In this document: piece after piece, positions 7,619 to 16,385 of the stretch | Layout: each line of letters starts with the position of its first letter | Position numbering within the stretch: the first letter of the stretch is position 1 | Source: a virus | Direction: 5' to 3' (one strand) | Length of the DNA stretch: 64,000 nucleotides | IMG/VR virus record: IMGVR_UViG_3300027917_000032 | Coordinates: 1-64,000 of that record | The notes under the pieces: generated by a model | What the model saw: the letters and a program-made list of their open reading frames with translations, nothing else | What the model was told of the DNA's origin: nothing | The model's database searches: none | Translations under genes and position numbers: made by a program

Positions 7619-7827
7619 TAACACCATCCACGAACTTTTGTATGCTTAAGCGCTTGCTCAACCTCAGCTTCGCGCGTCGTCGTTCCCGTAAATCCCACCG
7701 CCATCGCATACGCGATGAGGCGCGCGTCCCATTTGTCCAGGGCATAGGCGGCGATGGATGTTTCTACGTTGGTGCCAGGAGTGGTCACAGTGACTAACCA
7801 GCACTTAACTCGTTTTTGTATTCGCAT
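7618..7827 (-). CDS. hypothetical protein
   Basis: Packed ORF. Confidence 0.55.
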   Translation of the reverse strand: MRIQKRVKCWLVTVTTPGTNVETSIAAYALDKWDARLIAYAMAVGFTGTTTREAEVEQALKHTKVRGWC

Positions 7828-8161
7828 CGTTTTGATTCAATATGTTGTTCAACTCCACTAAAACGTCGAACGGTAGCCGCTTTAGCTCGTGCATCTGAAA
7901 CCGCCGCGAAAGCCGACTACACAGACGCGCTTTCCGCGCTTCCTGATACAAGTCTTGCGTCTCGCCTTCGCGTGGCAACCTTACTGAGATAAAGTGCCAA
8001 CGGTCACGCCGTCCCGACTGGCGGCCATCCCGCTTGCGGAACCGCTCACCCATGTCGGTAATTATGAGTGTGGGCGTAAGACGCTCGACATAGGTGACAC
8101 GACGACCCATGCTATCCAAACGGATCAACTCGTCGCCCTCTTTTATATTCTCAAGACTCAT
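7805..8161 (-). CDS. hypothetical protein
   Basis: GGGAG RBS; VERLTPT...GERFRKRDG pattern common in phage proteins. Confidence 0.7.
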   Translation of the reverse strand: MSLENIKEGDELIRLDSMGRRVTYVERLTPTLIITDMGERFRKRDGRQSGRRDRWHFISVRLPREGETQDLYQEARKARLCSRLSRRFQMHELKRLPFDVLVELNNILNQNDANTKTS

Positions 8162-8299
8162 AGTGTTCTCCCATAAGCCACGCCAATAGCGAAGGCTTTT
8201 GCTTTAGGGTAGGTTAGCTACCTACCTGCGTGCTTTCCAATTACACTACCGCCCAAAAAGGGGCAGCGTGGCCGGTTGGCAGAGTGTGAAATATCTGTT

Positions 8300-8384
8300 G
8301 AGTCGGGGAGGGAATTGAACCCTCAGAGCCAGCGGCGGCTAGGTTACAGCCTAGCTTGGACTCAAACCATTGTCCAGCCCGATC
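8300..8384 (-). tRNA. tRNA-Tyr (GTA)-like, atypical (6-nt anticodon loop, imperfect acceptor stem)
   Basis: GCTAGG-CTGTAA-CCTAGC, variable arm, GAGGG-TTCAATT-CCCTC. Confidence 0.65.
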
Positions 8385-8395
8385 CTCTGGATACC

Positions 8396-8806
8396 TCACA
8401 CACTTCCGGCCTTTGCTGCCAGTGATCTAGGGATGTTTCTTTTCAGTTGCTCACCGATATATCCTGGATTCATTGGGTCAAACTCCAGTACCCACTTGAA
8501 GCCAATATCTTCCGTCGCCTGCGCCAGCAGGATGGCATCAATCACAAACTGCACCCAGTTGCCCCAGTAGTATTGTCGCCAGCCGGGCGGGCCGCCGAAA
8601 AAGCGAATCTTCTCCGAGCGGGCAAGCCTATGCCCCGACTTGTCATCCTTTAATACTTCGCGTGGGCAGGTATAATACCAGTCACCCGCATGAGGCCAAG
8701 CTACCGCTACAGAGTGGCAGTCAACGCCGTAAATCTTGAGGAGCCAGCACGCCTCATGCACGGTGATCCACTTCAACTTTCGTTTGAGTACGTCGATAGC
8801 GGTCAT
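8396..8806 (-). CDS. F-x-GGP family protein (array copy 5)
   Basis: IRFFGGPPGWRQYYWGNWVQFVID. Confidence 0.75.
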   Translation of the reverse strand: MTAIDVLKRKLKWITVHEACWLLKIYGVDCHSVAVAWPHAGDWYYTCPREVLKDDKSGHRLARSEKIRFFGGPPGWRQYYWGNWVQFVIDAILLAQATEDIGFKWVLEFDPMNPGYIGEQLKRNIPRSLAAKAGSV

Positions 8807-9144
8807 ATCCCCAACAACTCCTCAAATTCCAGCTTCCGAGTGTAGTGCCAAAACAAGGCTTCGTCGCACAGCATCGTAAGCATGGTCCCCTGTTGCGGCG
8901 AACACTGGCGGGGTGGGCCACCTGTAAAACCCACAACGCCAAAACTGCCGCACGGCATGTCCAGCAGAAAATCGTCCAACTCTGCCAACGCGCTGCTCAC
9001 AGTCCAACATTCACCGCTCCAAGTAAACGATTTATACGGCGACTGAAACTTCTGTGCTATTGTGATTAGGGCGGCCCGTACCGAAAGCACGCAATACTTA
9101 TATTTCATGTCGGCAGGTTTCGGTTTTGCTTGTTTCACTAACAT
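8803..9144 (-). CDS. F-x-GGP family protein (array copy 4)
   Basis: VGFTGGPPRQCSPQQGTMLTMLCD. Confidence 0.7.
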   Translation of the reverse strand: MLVKQAKPKPADMKYKYCVLSVRAALITIAQKFQSPYKSFTWSGECWTVSSALAELDDFLLDMPCGSFGVVGFTGGPPRQCSPQQGTMLTMLCDEALFWHYTRKLEFEELLGI

Positions 9145-9512
9145 GCGCCACGGTCCCACAGAATGTGCTCAATTGCCCGTATTGGACTCATGCCGCTCGT
9201 CAAGGTCCGACGCAGCATACAGTCAACTAAATAGGTCAGTAAGGTGCCGGTATACAAGCCGTTGCCGTAAGGGCCGCCAATAAACTCGATGGGCGATACG
9301 TCAATCGCGTTCATCATACGGCGACTGGTAATACCAAGCAGCCCGGCTGGCGTCCAAGGATACAGGCAGCCAGAAGCACCGACCCACCAAAACAGCGAGT
9401 CGCCGTAACCCAAAATCTTTAGCATGTGGCAAGCTGCGCCAGCCGTGTGCCCCTCCACGGCTTCTTGGAAACCAACCATGCACCCGTAGGTAAATATACG
9501 GTTATCACGCAC
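9138..9512 (-). CDS. F-x-GGP family protein (array copy 3)
   Basis: IEFIGGPYGNGLYTGTLLTYLVD; GTG start with GGAGG. Confidence 0.75.
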   Translation of the reverse strand: MRDNRIFTYGCMVGFQEAVEGHTAGAACHMLKILGYGDSLFWWVGASGCLYPWTPAGLLGITSRRMMNAIDVSPIEFIGGPYGNGLYTGTLLTYLVDCMLRRTLTSGMSPIRAIEHILWDRGAC

Positions 9513-9828
9513 TGGCGGCCTCCAAGAACTTCTCAACCCGATCCCAGCATCCGTGTGTATGCTGATGGAAAAGCTCATCGACTAGCAACGCCAGCAGCGT
9601 GCCCCGATATTCTTTTCGCCCGCTGTTAAATGGACCGCCGCGAAATCTTAACGGAATCAACCGCGCGGGTATGTCGCCGTTCACTCGCTTCGCCAAATCA
9701 ATGATGTAGGTTGGAGCCCCGCAAAACTCAACTTGAACCGACGCAGCTTTGAACGTGTAGAGCAGATGGTTGAGAGCACGAGCCGCTGACCACTCGCGTA
9801 GCGCGTCGTAGGCTTTTTCAACATTCAT
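9505..9828 (-). CDS. F-x-GGP family protein (array copy 2)
   Basis: LRFRGGPFNSGRKEYRGTLLALLVD. Confidence 0.75.
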   Translation of the reverse strand: MNVEKAYDALREWSAARALNHLLYTFKAASVQVEFCGAPTYIIDLAKRVNGDIPARLIPLRFRGGPFNSGRKEYRGTLLALLVDELFHQHTHGCWDRVEKFLEAASA

Positions 9829-10207
9829 CAATCCCGATCCATTCTGCAACATGGTTAATGCCGTTTACGTCAATCTCGCAAAGAAGCCGGTCTAACAGCA
9901 GCGTGTAAAGTGTTCCCGTGTACCAGTGAAGTTTGTTTGGCGGCCCGCCCCAGAACCAAAACGTCATCGTTTCTTCGGCCATCCGGCCCTGAAGCTCAGG
10001 GTAGCGAAAGTCGTTTGCCAGGTTATCGGTAAACTGCTTGACACCGTTGACATAAATGATTTCGTTGCTGTAGCCAAAGGCTTCCATGATAGCCAGCGCG
10101 CCCTCAATGCTGATCCCCTTAATCGTGCGCAAGATAGCTTTCAGGGGGCGGGTTGGCTTTTTCCGCTGATTGATCTGATTGATAGTTGTCAGTGCTTGCA
10201 TGTCCAT
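9818..10207 (-). CDS. F-x-GGP family protein (array copy 1)
   Basis: FWFWGGPPNKLHWYTGTLYTLLLD. Confidence 0.75.
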   Translation of the reverse strand: MDMQALTTINQINQRKKPTRPLKAILRTIKGISIEGALAIMEAFGYSNEIIYVNGVKQFTDNLANDFRYPELQGRMAEETMTFWFWGGPPNKLHWYTGTLYTLLLDRLLCEIDVNGINHVAEWIGIDEC

Positions 10208-10212
10208 ACTAA

Positions 10213-10241
10213 ACCCTACCATGTCATTTGCCGCTTGTCAA
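10213..10241 (-). promoter_or_regulatory. sigma70-type promoter for the F-x-GGP array, likely leaderless
   Basis: TTGACA-N17-TAGGGT with TG extension; ATG 5 nt after the -10. Confidence 0.7.
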
Positions 10242-10616
10242 GTCGTCGGCCAGCAAATTTTTCAAGTCAACGATCATGGTGACGCGGAGCGCGTTCTGCT
10301 CAGGGGTGATGGGCCGAAAGTCAGCATCGGGATCGCCTTTGGGCCGGAACTTCTCGACTCGCAACCACTTGTCGGCCCACCGTTCAATCACGGGATTCCC
10401 TACCATCGGCACAGCCGGTACAGTGTCTCTAATCTCACACTCCACAACAAACCTCGCCTTGTCTCGATTAAGCCACTGTTTATATGGCTCCTGATCGGTC
10501 TTGGCGCGCAGACGATCCTCCAGAACACGGCAAAAACGCCGCACAATCTTGCGGCGTATGGGCTCTGTAACTAAGTCCGACAGGTTGCGAAAGAACCCCG
10601 CTAAGTCTCTCAACAT
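10224..10616 (-). CDS. hypothetical protein
   Basis: Packed ORF. Confidence 0.6.
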   Translation of the reverse strand: MLRDLAGFFRNLSDLVTEPIRRKIVRRFCRVLEDRLRAKTDQEPYKQWLNRDKARFVVECEIRDTVPAVPMVGNPVIERWADKWLRVEKFRPKGDPDADFRPITPEQNALRVTMIVDLKNLLADDLTSGK

Positions 10617-11230
10617 AGTAGTCCGTACTCCCTTGTGTGAAGCAGCGGAGGCTGCGATTCGACCCCCGTCGCGTCCCAGTTAAATTGCCCGTAGTGATTT
10701 CCGTAGTAAGTTGGCGCACCCAACAGCGAAAGTTCCTCATGTAAATAAGTCGTGTTATTGCCAACAGACGTCCAGTTGCCATAGCTGAAATAGCGGCTGA
10801 AAAATTCTTGTGCGTCGGAACCACGCACATCCAGTGGCAACGCTCTCCACCTTAGATACCGCTTGAGTACGGTTTCCATTTCACCACTTGCGAGCAGTCG
10901 GCCCTTGCACCATGCGTGTAGTTTGTTCCAGCCGACCCAATGCGGTTTAATACCGCGCCCATTCCCTGCCGCTTCTTTCGCGGCGGCCATCCTCGCTGAA
11001 TTAACGGGGATACCACGGCGCGTCGCTTCTGCATAGCAGCAGACACGCAACTGAGAGTATGCCTGATAATGACCTGCCCAAGCCATCGGAATGGTCGGGC
11101 GCTGTTGACCGATTTCCACGGCATGATTAAAATGCCGCAGCGTCACAAGCGTCTCAATCAGCATAGCGTCACTGTAGCAGGCGGCGCTGCGTGGAAAACT
11201 CGCATAAGGCAGTAAGATACAATCAAGCAT
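10610..11230 (-). CDS. divergent pyrimidine-dimer glycosylase/endonuclease V-like (MSMEG_6728-type) protein
   Basis: LPYASF.RSA, W.GH, C..E..RRG, P.W.G...LH......LL and HY..F.W elements. Confidence 0.6.
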   Translation of the reverse strand: MLDCILLPYASFPRSAACYSDAMLIETLVTLRHFNHAVEIGQQRPTIPMAWAGHYQAYSQLRVCCYAEATRRGIPVNSARMAAAKEAAGNGRGIKPHWVGWNKLHAWCKGRLLASGEMETVLKRYLRWRALPLDVRGSDAQEFFSRYFSYGNWTSVGNNTTYLHEELSLLGAPTYYGNHYGQFNWDATGVESQPPLLHTREYGLLC

Positions 11231-11525
11231 ACGTCGGTCGCCTCAGTAACACGTTACAGCCAACGGGGAACTCGTAGTCGCGCGGGTGCCATTTCCAATC
11301 ATCATAGGAATCCCCGCCGACCCATTCGCGTTCAATTAGTATGGCATAATAACCGTCATAAGTGACAAGTGTCTCCAAGAGCATAAGACCATCCTCGTCC
11401 AGATACTCCGTCTGCAATACCCGCTTACGCCCTGAAAACTCTGCAACCCGCAATACGCGCACAAACGTCGGGCACAGAGTAACCACCCTGATCGCGTCTT
11501 TCGCGTACTTCTCAAACAGACTCAC
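11223..11525 (-). CDS. hypothetical protein
   Basis: Packed ORF with GGGAGGG RBS. Confidence 0.6.
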   Translation of the reverse strand: MSLFEKYAKDAIRVVTLCPTFVRVLRVAEFSGRKRVLQTEYLDEDGLMLLETLVTYDGYYAILIEREWVGGDSYDDWKWHPRDYEFPVGCNVLLRRPTYA

Positions 11526-11790
11526 ACGTTCCCTCCCTCATTCGGGCTACCCACTCGGCGTGCGTTTCGATGACGCAGTTGTACTGTTGCAGCATCGACA
11601 GAATCCAATGCTCCTCGCCCGTGTGACGCTCACCGCAAGCACAAATGCCCACGAGCAAATCACACGACGTATCAAAACGACGATGCCCCGTATGGGCCAT
11701 ACGATTCTGCCACTTTTTCGGGTAGGCGACGAATTGCCCCTTGTGCCCAAAACGTCGCAAAAGGGTTATGGGTTGGCCCATTCTCATCAC
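11512..11790 (-). CDS. hypothetical Cys/His-containing protein
   Basis: CDLLVGICACGERH; lies downstream of a promoter. Confidence 0.65.
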   Translation of the reverse strand: MMRMGQPITLLRRFGHKGQFVAYPKKWQNRMAHTGHRRFDTSCDLLVGICACGERHTGEEHWILSMLQQYNCVIETHAEWVARMREGTCESV

Positions 11791-11824
11791 TCCAGTTAAA
11801 GGTTCTCAGTGGCCGCCTACCTAA

Positions 11825-11852
11825 ACCATATCACAAAATCGGGCCGTGTCAA
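11825..11852 (-). promoter_or_regulatory. sigma70-type promoter
   Basis: TTGACA-N16-TATGGT; same GTGATATG context as 30624..30651. Confidence 0.7.
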
Positions 11853-12454
11853 GCCTCATTCTCGAATTTTCTGCACATGCTCCAATCAAAGAAAAACCAC
11901 CGATTGAAGTGCTTGATGAGTGAATCCTTGTCGATATGCCGCAAATAGGCTTCAATCTCCTCCCAGGTGGAGAAGATCATTTCATGCGGCACCGTCGCCA
12001 AGAGCCAGTTGGGCGTAGCCTCTTTCCCTTGCTCGACATGAATGAGACACGGCTTCTTTTGCCGATTCGCCAGAAACAACTCTTCGTATGTTCCGCAGGC
12101 GTGTACGTCAATGTCAAGATTGATAATCAGAAAGTCGGCAATATCGACCATCCGAAGATCGACTGCGCGGATTACCTTGAGGGGCGGAGCGCACTCGTCA
12201 TACATTCCGAGCTTCTTCATCGCATTGATTTCATTCCGTAACGCCGCATCCTCGATTCCGACTTCAATCGGCTTGTGCGTCGGGTCCATCCAGATGATGC
12301 CCAAGTCGGCCAAATCCTTTTGCAGTTTGATTCTCCAAGCCTCGCCGCCGTCCTGCACACGATCCATCGCCCCGCAGAGGTAGCCCCGCGTATAGCGGAG
12401 TCGGTTGGTCGTGCTGCTCCTGATTAGTTCGTCGCTGCGTGCTGGCATAGTCAT
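11849..12454 (-). CDS. nucleoside 2-deoxyribosyltransferase (NDT)-family protein
   Basis: YLCGAM..WR, DLRMVDIADFLI, CGTYEEL. Confidence 0.8.
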   Translation of the reverse strand: MTMPARSDELIRSSTTNRLRYTRGYLCGAMDRVQDGGEAWRIKLQKDLADLGIIWMDPTHKPIEVGIEDAALRNEINAMKKLGMYDECAPPLKVIRAVDLRMVDIADFLIINLDIDVHACGTYEELFLANRQKKPCLIHVEQGKEATPNWLLATVPHEMIFSTWEEIEAYLRHIDKDSLIKHFNRWFFFDWSMCRKFENEA

Positions 12455-12909
12455 TCTCCCTTCAAGTTGAGGATTGCTTCCGCCACCGTCAGAGCGGTTT
12501 CTACACTCTCGACACGAAACCCGGTAGCTTCAGAAATCATACCGTGGTTGTGGATGTTATCATCTTCGCTAATGACGATGATGGGGATGCGTTTCAAGTC
12601 GGCCCACGCAATCTCCATGACCGTGCCGATGCTCACCTTAGTCGCACCGAGAAAGTTCACGACCAACAGATCACAGCGGGTACAGTCAAAGCGGTCGCGG
12701 GTCATAATCCCACGGCTACAACTCAGCACCGTGTCGTAGTCGTTGCTGATGCACTCCTCAGCGGCTAGGTAATCCTTACCCCGCATCGGGTCCAAGCACT
12801 CGACGTTTTTACCGTAAAGCGCCTTCGCAAAGGCTTTCCGCCAATCGGTGCAGCCGCCATACGAACAGCCCGTGATAGGGCCAGCCAAGTAGATTGTGTA
12901 ATGGTTCAT
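12451..12909 (-). CDS. nucleoside 2-deoxyribosyltransferase (NDT)-family protein
   Basis: IYLAGPI..WR, RDRFDCTRCDLL, SIGTVMEIAWA. Confidence 0.85.
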   Translation of the reverse strand: MNHYTIYLAGPITGCSYGGCTDWRKAFAKALYGKNVECLDPMRGKDYLAAEECISNDYDTVLSCSRGIMTRDRFDCTRCDLLVVNFLGATKVSIGTVMEIAWADLKRIPIIVISEDDNIHNHGMISEATGFRVESVETALTVAEAILNLKGE

Positions 12910-13595
12910 TTTTCACTCCAATCAGGCATTAGTGTTTCAATGGACGAGGAGCCCAGCCGCGTGCAGCCCAGAGACAGGAAGCGCTCGGCGTCGGCGTAGC
13001 GCTTAATTCCACCGCTGGCCTTAACCTGCGTATATGACCCCTCCACTACGCTCAGCATTGTCATCACGTTGGGCACGGTCGCAATCGAACGTGTGCCAGT
13101 GCCAAACCCGGTCGAAGTCTTGACCCATGCGATATGATCGTGCATCGCCAGCGCGGACGCCGTGTAGATTTCATTTTCCTTGAGGTAACACGTCTCAAGG
13201 ATCATCTTAAACTTCACCCCTGTCTCGCGCTGCATCCGAGCCATCGCCTTAATCTCAGTTACGACGGGTTCCCAGTCACCATCCTTGATTGCGCCGATAT
13301 TTGTCACCCAATCAACTTCAGTAGCCCCATCCTTGATAACCGCAGCGGCGGCCAGCGCCTTAACCACGGGCGAGTCATTTCCGTGCGGGAAGCTAACCAC
13401 CGTCCCAACCTCAATCGGGAAGCCGTCGAGAATCTTCGCAGCCAGAGGAACATAGTGCGGCTTCACACAGACGGAAGCGCAGCCGAAGCGAATGGCCCGC
13501 TGGCAGCAGACGGATGTATCAACCGACGTTGCATCCGGCTTGAGACAAGCCAGGTCTACAGCGGCGGCAACTTGTTCGCGGGTGTAATTAAACAT
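12906..13595 (-). CDS. deoC: deoxyribose-phosphate aldolase
   Basis: SVCV.P, GTVVSFPHG, GATEVD, KMILET, VKTSTGF, VKASGGI, RLGSS. Confidence 0.95.
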   Translation of the reverse strand: MFNYTREQVAAAVDLACLKPDATSVDTSVCCQRAIRFGCASVCVKPHYVPLAAKILDGFPIEVGTVVSFPHGNDSPVVKALAAAAVIKDGATEVDWVTNIGAIKDGDWEPVVTEIKAMARMQRETGVKFKMILETCYLKENEIYTASALAMHDHIAWVKTSTGFGTGTRSIATVPNVMTMLSVVEGSYTQVKASGGIKRYADAERFLSLGCTRLGSSSIETLMPDWSEK

Positions 13596-13598
13596 GAG

Positions 13599-13826
13599 TT
13601 ACTCCTGAGTTAAGGCGTGCCGGTACTGGTGGATCATTTCTCGGTGGTCGTCGTAATCGGGTCGAACATACATAAACACTAGCTCCGATAGAAAACACCG
13701 ACAGTGGGCACAGAGCGGATACCAGATGCCGTCAATCTCATTGACAATCTGATGCGTCGCTGGAGTGTCGCAGCGTACACACTTGAGCCGCTTTAAGCCC
13801 GTTGGAGTGTATGGCGCTCGTCTCAT
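13599..13826 (-). CDS. small zinc-finger protein
   Basis: CVRC...CAHC. Confidence 0.6.
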   Translation of the reverse strand: MRRAPYTPTGLKRLKCVRCDTPATHQIVNEIDGIWYPLCAHCRCFLSELVFMYVRPDYDDHREMIHQYRHALTQE

Positions 13827-13827
13827 T

Positions 13828-14451
13828 CTACTCCTCCAGAAACTTGCGAAGTCGATCCACCGCGACGGCGTAGGTGCCATCGGAGCAGCCGAACAGCACG
13901 CCAACCAACTTCCCTCTAAGTTGAACCGGCCCGCCTGAGTCGCCGCTACGCACTAGGGCATCTACACTGAACAAGTCGGGCGGGCTAGTTTTGTCGGGCT
14001 GGTAGAACTTCACCACCGGCCCCTCACTCTGAGCGTAGAATCCTGGCCCGTACCCGCCCACCGTCACCCTCGCACCGTAGCTTGGCGTCTCTCCCAGAGG
14101 CATCGGTGGGATGAGTACAGGGTCGATTCGTAGCAGTGCCAAGTCCCAACGCTTGTCGGCCTTGACGATTGTAGCGTCGTAGAGCGTCCAGTCGGGGAAC
14201 ATCACCTGCACCTTACCCGTCCCGTCTCGAATGACGTGATGATTTGTAACAATCAAATTTGGCGCAATTAGCACTCCTGTTCCATTTGACGTACCTCCCC
14301 GCTCCTCGGCAAACACCCGCACGACGTTAGGCGGCGGGGTCGTTACCTTGACAGATTCAGGTGCGCCGATAGCTAGAGCAACAATAAATCCGCCGATAAT
14401 ACCGATAACGATGATGTATAGGCCGATAGCTTCAAAGGTTGCCTTGGTCAT
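13828..14451 (-). CDS. membrane-anchored trypsin-like serine protease
   Basis: N-terminal TM; TNHHV, DLALL and GDSGGP triad motifs. Confidence 0.9.
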   Translation of the reverse strand: MTKATFEAIGLYIIVIGIIGGFIVALAIGAPESVKVTTPPPNVVRVFAEERGGTSNGTGVLIAPNLIVTNHHVIRDGTGKVQVMFPDWTLYDATIVKADKRWDLALLRIDPVLIPPMPLGETPSYGARVTVGGYGPGFYAQSEGPVVKFYQPDKTSPPDLFSVDALVRSGDSGGPVQLRGKLVGVLFGCSDGTYAVAVDRLRKFLEE

Positions 14452-14738
14452 TTCGTCTTTCTCTTCTTCTTTCGGGGTGGTCGGTAATTAGGGTCTTTGT
14501 GCTGTTCGCACGCCACCTTGGCGGCGTTCAGCGTTCGGTATAATGGCTTCCGGTGGTCGAGCAATTCCCAGCGGTCGTACATAAGGTCGGGAACCTTAAC
14601 CCTGACACACGGTTGAAATGCGGGCGGCACGTTTACGCTGCACACCATGTCCCGCCAGATGATGCGGTACGGCCCTGAGCGCCACTGTTTCCAGTGCTCA
14701 GGGTCGCGGCCCTCTTCGTGTACTCTTCGCCAATTCAT
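14448..14738 (-). CDS. hypothetical protein
   Basis: Packed ORF. Confidence 0.6.
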   Translation of the reverse strand: MNWRRVHEEGRDPEHWKQWRSGPYRIIWRDMVCSVNVPPAFQPCVRVKVPDLMYDRWELLDHRKPLYRTLNAAKVACEQHKDPNYRPPRKKKRKTK

Positions 14739-15007
14739 TTCCAGAAATCCTCTTTCTCGTAGGTTTGTTCCACTTCCAATAGCGGCTCCCACGGTGCCAG
14801 GTCGTCAAGTACGCGGCAGTTATGCCCCCTATGATCGCCCATGAAGCCTACAAGCAGACCGGCGCGAAAGGCGTCCATTTTGATGCGGCCCGCGTACACC
14901 AACGCCTCATCCCGGTCACGGGGACCGCCGCAAAGCGTGTGGAACTTGTCCAACGGGCGGTAGACCTTACAATCGTCGCAGACAACGGCGTATGTCACAC
15001 CCATCAC
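14735..15007 (-). CDS. hypothetical protein
   Basis: CDDC...H.GH possible metal site. Confidence 0.6.
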   Translation of the reverse strand: MMGVTYAVVCDDCKVYRPLDKFHTLCGGPRDRDEALVYAGRIKMDAFRAGLLVGFMGDHRGHNCRVLDDLAPWEPLLEVEQTYEKEDFWK

Positions 15008-15222
15008 TCCGCTGCCTTTCCGAAGGCCGCGCCAAAGCCCGCTTTCAAACCAAGTTCGCCCTCTACGTCAAACGTGATAATGGTATCAACGACCAATCCA
15101 TCATTGTCAATATCATCCGTGAAGCGGTGCTTCACACCTTGCTCGTCGGTTATCTCACAGTTGAGACGGTCGCCGGGGTAGAGCCGTATGGGGGCTATCG
15201 AGTAGCGTTTTCGTTCTTTCAT
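15004..15222 (-). CDS. hypothetical protein
   Basis: Packed ORF with GAGG RBS. Confidence 0.6.
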   Translation of the reverse strand: MKERKRYSIAPIRLYPGDRLNCEITDEQGVKHRFTDDIDNDGLVVDTIITFDVEGELGLKAGFGAAFGKAAE

Positions 15223-15422
15223 CGTTTCCTCTGGCCGCGCATGTGTCGTGGGTGCATCGGTGAATAACGGATATGCAGTTGCGGCGCAGTCACCGTTCGC
15301 TTCATCCTACGCTTGCCGCACTCAGGACATGCTTTTTGTTCCAGCTTCTCGCCCTCGGCCACCGTGGGGACAAGCGCTTCACGAACAGCCCCGCACCCTT
15401 GACATTGGTATTCGTAGATCAT
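15219..15422 (-). CDS. FmdB-like zinc-ribbon protein
   Basis: MIYEYQCQGCG...CPECG...MKR. Confidence 0.8.
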   Translation of the reverse strand: MIYEYQCQGCGAVREALVPTVAEGEKLEQKACPECGKRRMKRTVTAPQLHIRYSPMHPRHMRGQRKR

Positions 15423-15423
15423 A

Positions 15424-15636
15424 TCACTCCTCCACAACAATGCAGCGTTCAGGTCGTCGCAACACGATGCGACGATTCTCTTTGTTCTGACCAATTAGTT
15501 GCGGGCCGGTGCGTGTCTCCACAACCCGCGTCACATAAATGCTTTTGAGCCACATAGCGGAGCCACGTCGCACGGGGTAGTACACAGTGACCCCTTCTTT
15601 TATCTCACGACCGCGAACATCCTTTAGGTTAGTCAT
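15424..15636 (-). CDS. hypothetical protein
   Basis: KDVRGREIKEG..V.Y pattern common in small phage beta-barrel proteins. Confidence 0.65.
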   Translation of the reverse strand: MTNLKDVRGREIKEGVTVYYPVRRGSAMWLKSIYVTRVVETRTGPQLIGQNKENRRIVLRRPERCIVVEE

Positions 15637-16385
15637 TTGTTCCTCCAGCACACATTAAACCACTCATCCGTTGATACCTGCAAATCGTGTTCCTTTGCGA
15701 TTTCTTTACAATACTTCAAGTCCATTTCTACAAGGGTGGAGTCAATCCCTAGTGGCTCACACACGCGGGCCAATGTTCCCGTGCCTGCAAAAATGTCACA
15801 AGCCCGATCACCCTCACAACAAGAAAATTTAACGCACCGCTCGTAGAGCCCTTCGTGCAGTTGCGTTGGATGCCACTTGCGACGCTGTTTACTATTTCCA
15901 ACGACCCGTGGGAAATCGAAAACATCGCCCGGCACACGGCCCTTTGGGTTAGCCCGTTTGTCGCCGTGCAGTTGCCGCCACGACGGCACGCGGATTGCAT
16001 CAGGGTAAATTTCTGCATCGGCCTTCATCAACCGCCACAGCGGGCGGTGATTATTTCCCATGTCGCGTTTATTATGCTGACCGAACGTGAAAATCTGCAC
16101 ACCGGGTCTAAACTCCCACTCGGAGTGGACGTACAGAAAAGCGTCCACCAACGTCCCCACCAGGGGAAGGTGCCGGGCGTTGAAACTGAGCCACAAAATA
16201 TCGCAGCGCGCACTCGACAGGTAAAGTATGTCCTGTAGGAAGTGTGAGTATTCCGTGTTGCTCACGCGATCTTTGTAAGTGTCGTAACCCAGCCCGATGT
16301 TGTCGGGCGGGTCGGCAAAGATCATCTTAAACTGGTCGAGCCGTGGCAGGGCCGCTTGAAAGGTACTATGGATTAGCTCAATAAT
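15633..16385 (-). CDS. beta-class N4/N6 DNA methyltransferase with DPPD variant motif; start uncertain (ATT at 16385 or ATG at 16325)
   Basis: IFADPPD, HPTQ, DIFAGTGT, VEMD. Confidence 0.85.
   Translation of the reverse strand: MIELIHSTFQAALPRLDQFKMIFADPPDNIGLGYDTYKDRVSNTEYSHFLQDILYLSSARCDILWLSFNARHLPLVGTLVDAFLYVHSEWEFRPGVQIFTFGQHNKRDMGNNHRPLWRLMKADAEIYPDAIRVPSWRQLHGDKRANPKGRVPGDVFDFPRVVGNSKQRRKWHPTQLHEGLYERCVKFSCCEGDRACDIFAGTGTLARVCEPLGIDSTLVEMDLKYCKEIAKEHDLQVSTDEWFNVCWRNK

Noticed and set aside
6553-7745. ORF-track entries 6553..6807 (long form), 6602..6820, 7231..7428 and 7503..7745 as proteins
   Set aside because: They run through tRNAs or structured RNA; 7231..7428 is a duplicated gene start reading into non-coding sequence
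6700-8400. tRNA-associated theta/HDV-like or hammerhead ribozymes
   Set aside because: I could not build the nested double pseudoknot or a CUGANGA/GAAA core at the tRNA 3' ends or in the structured elements
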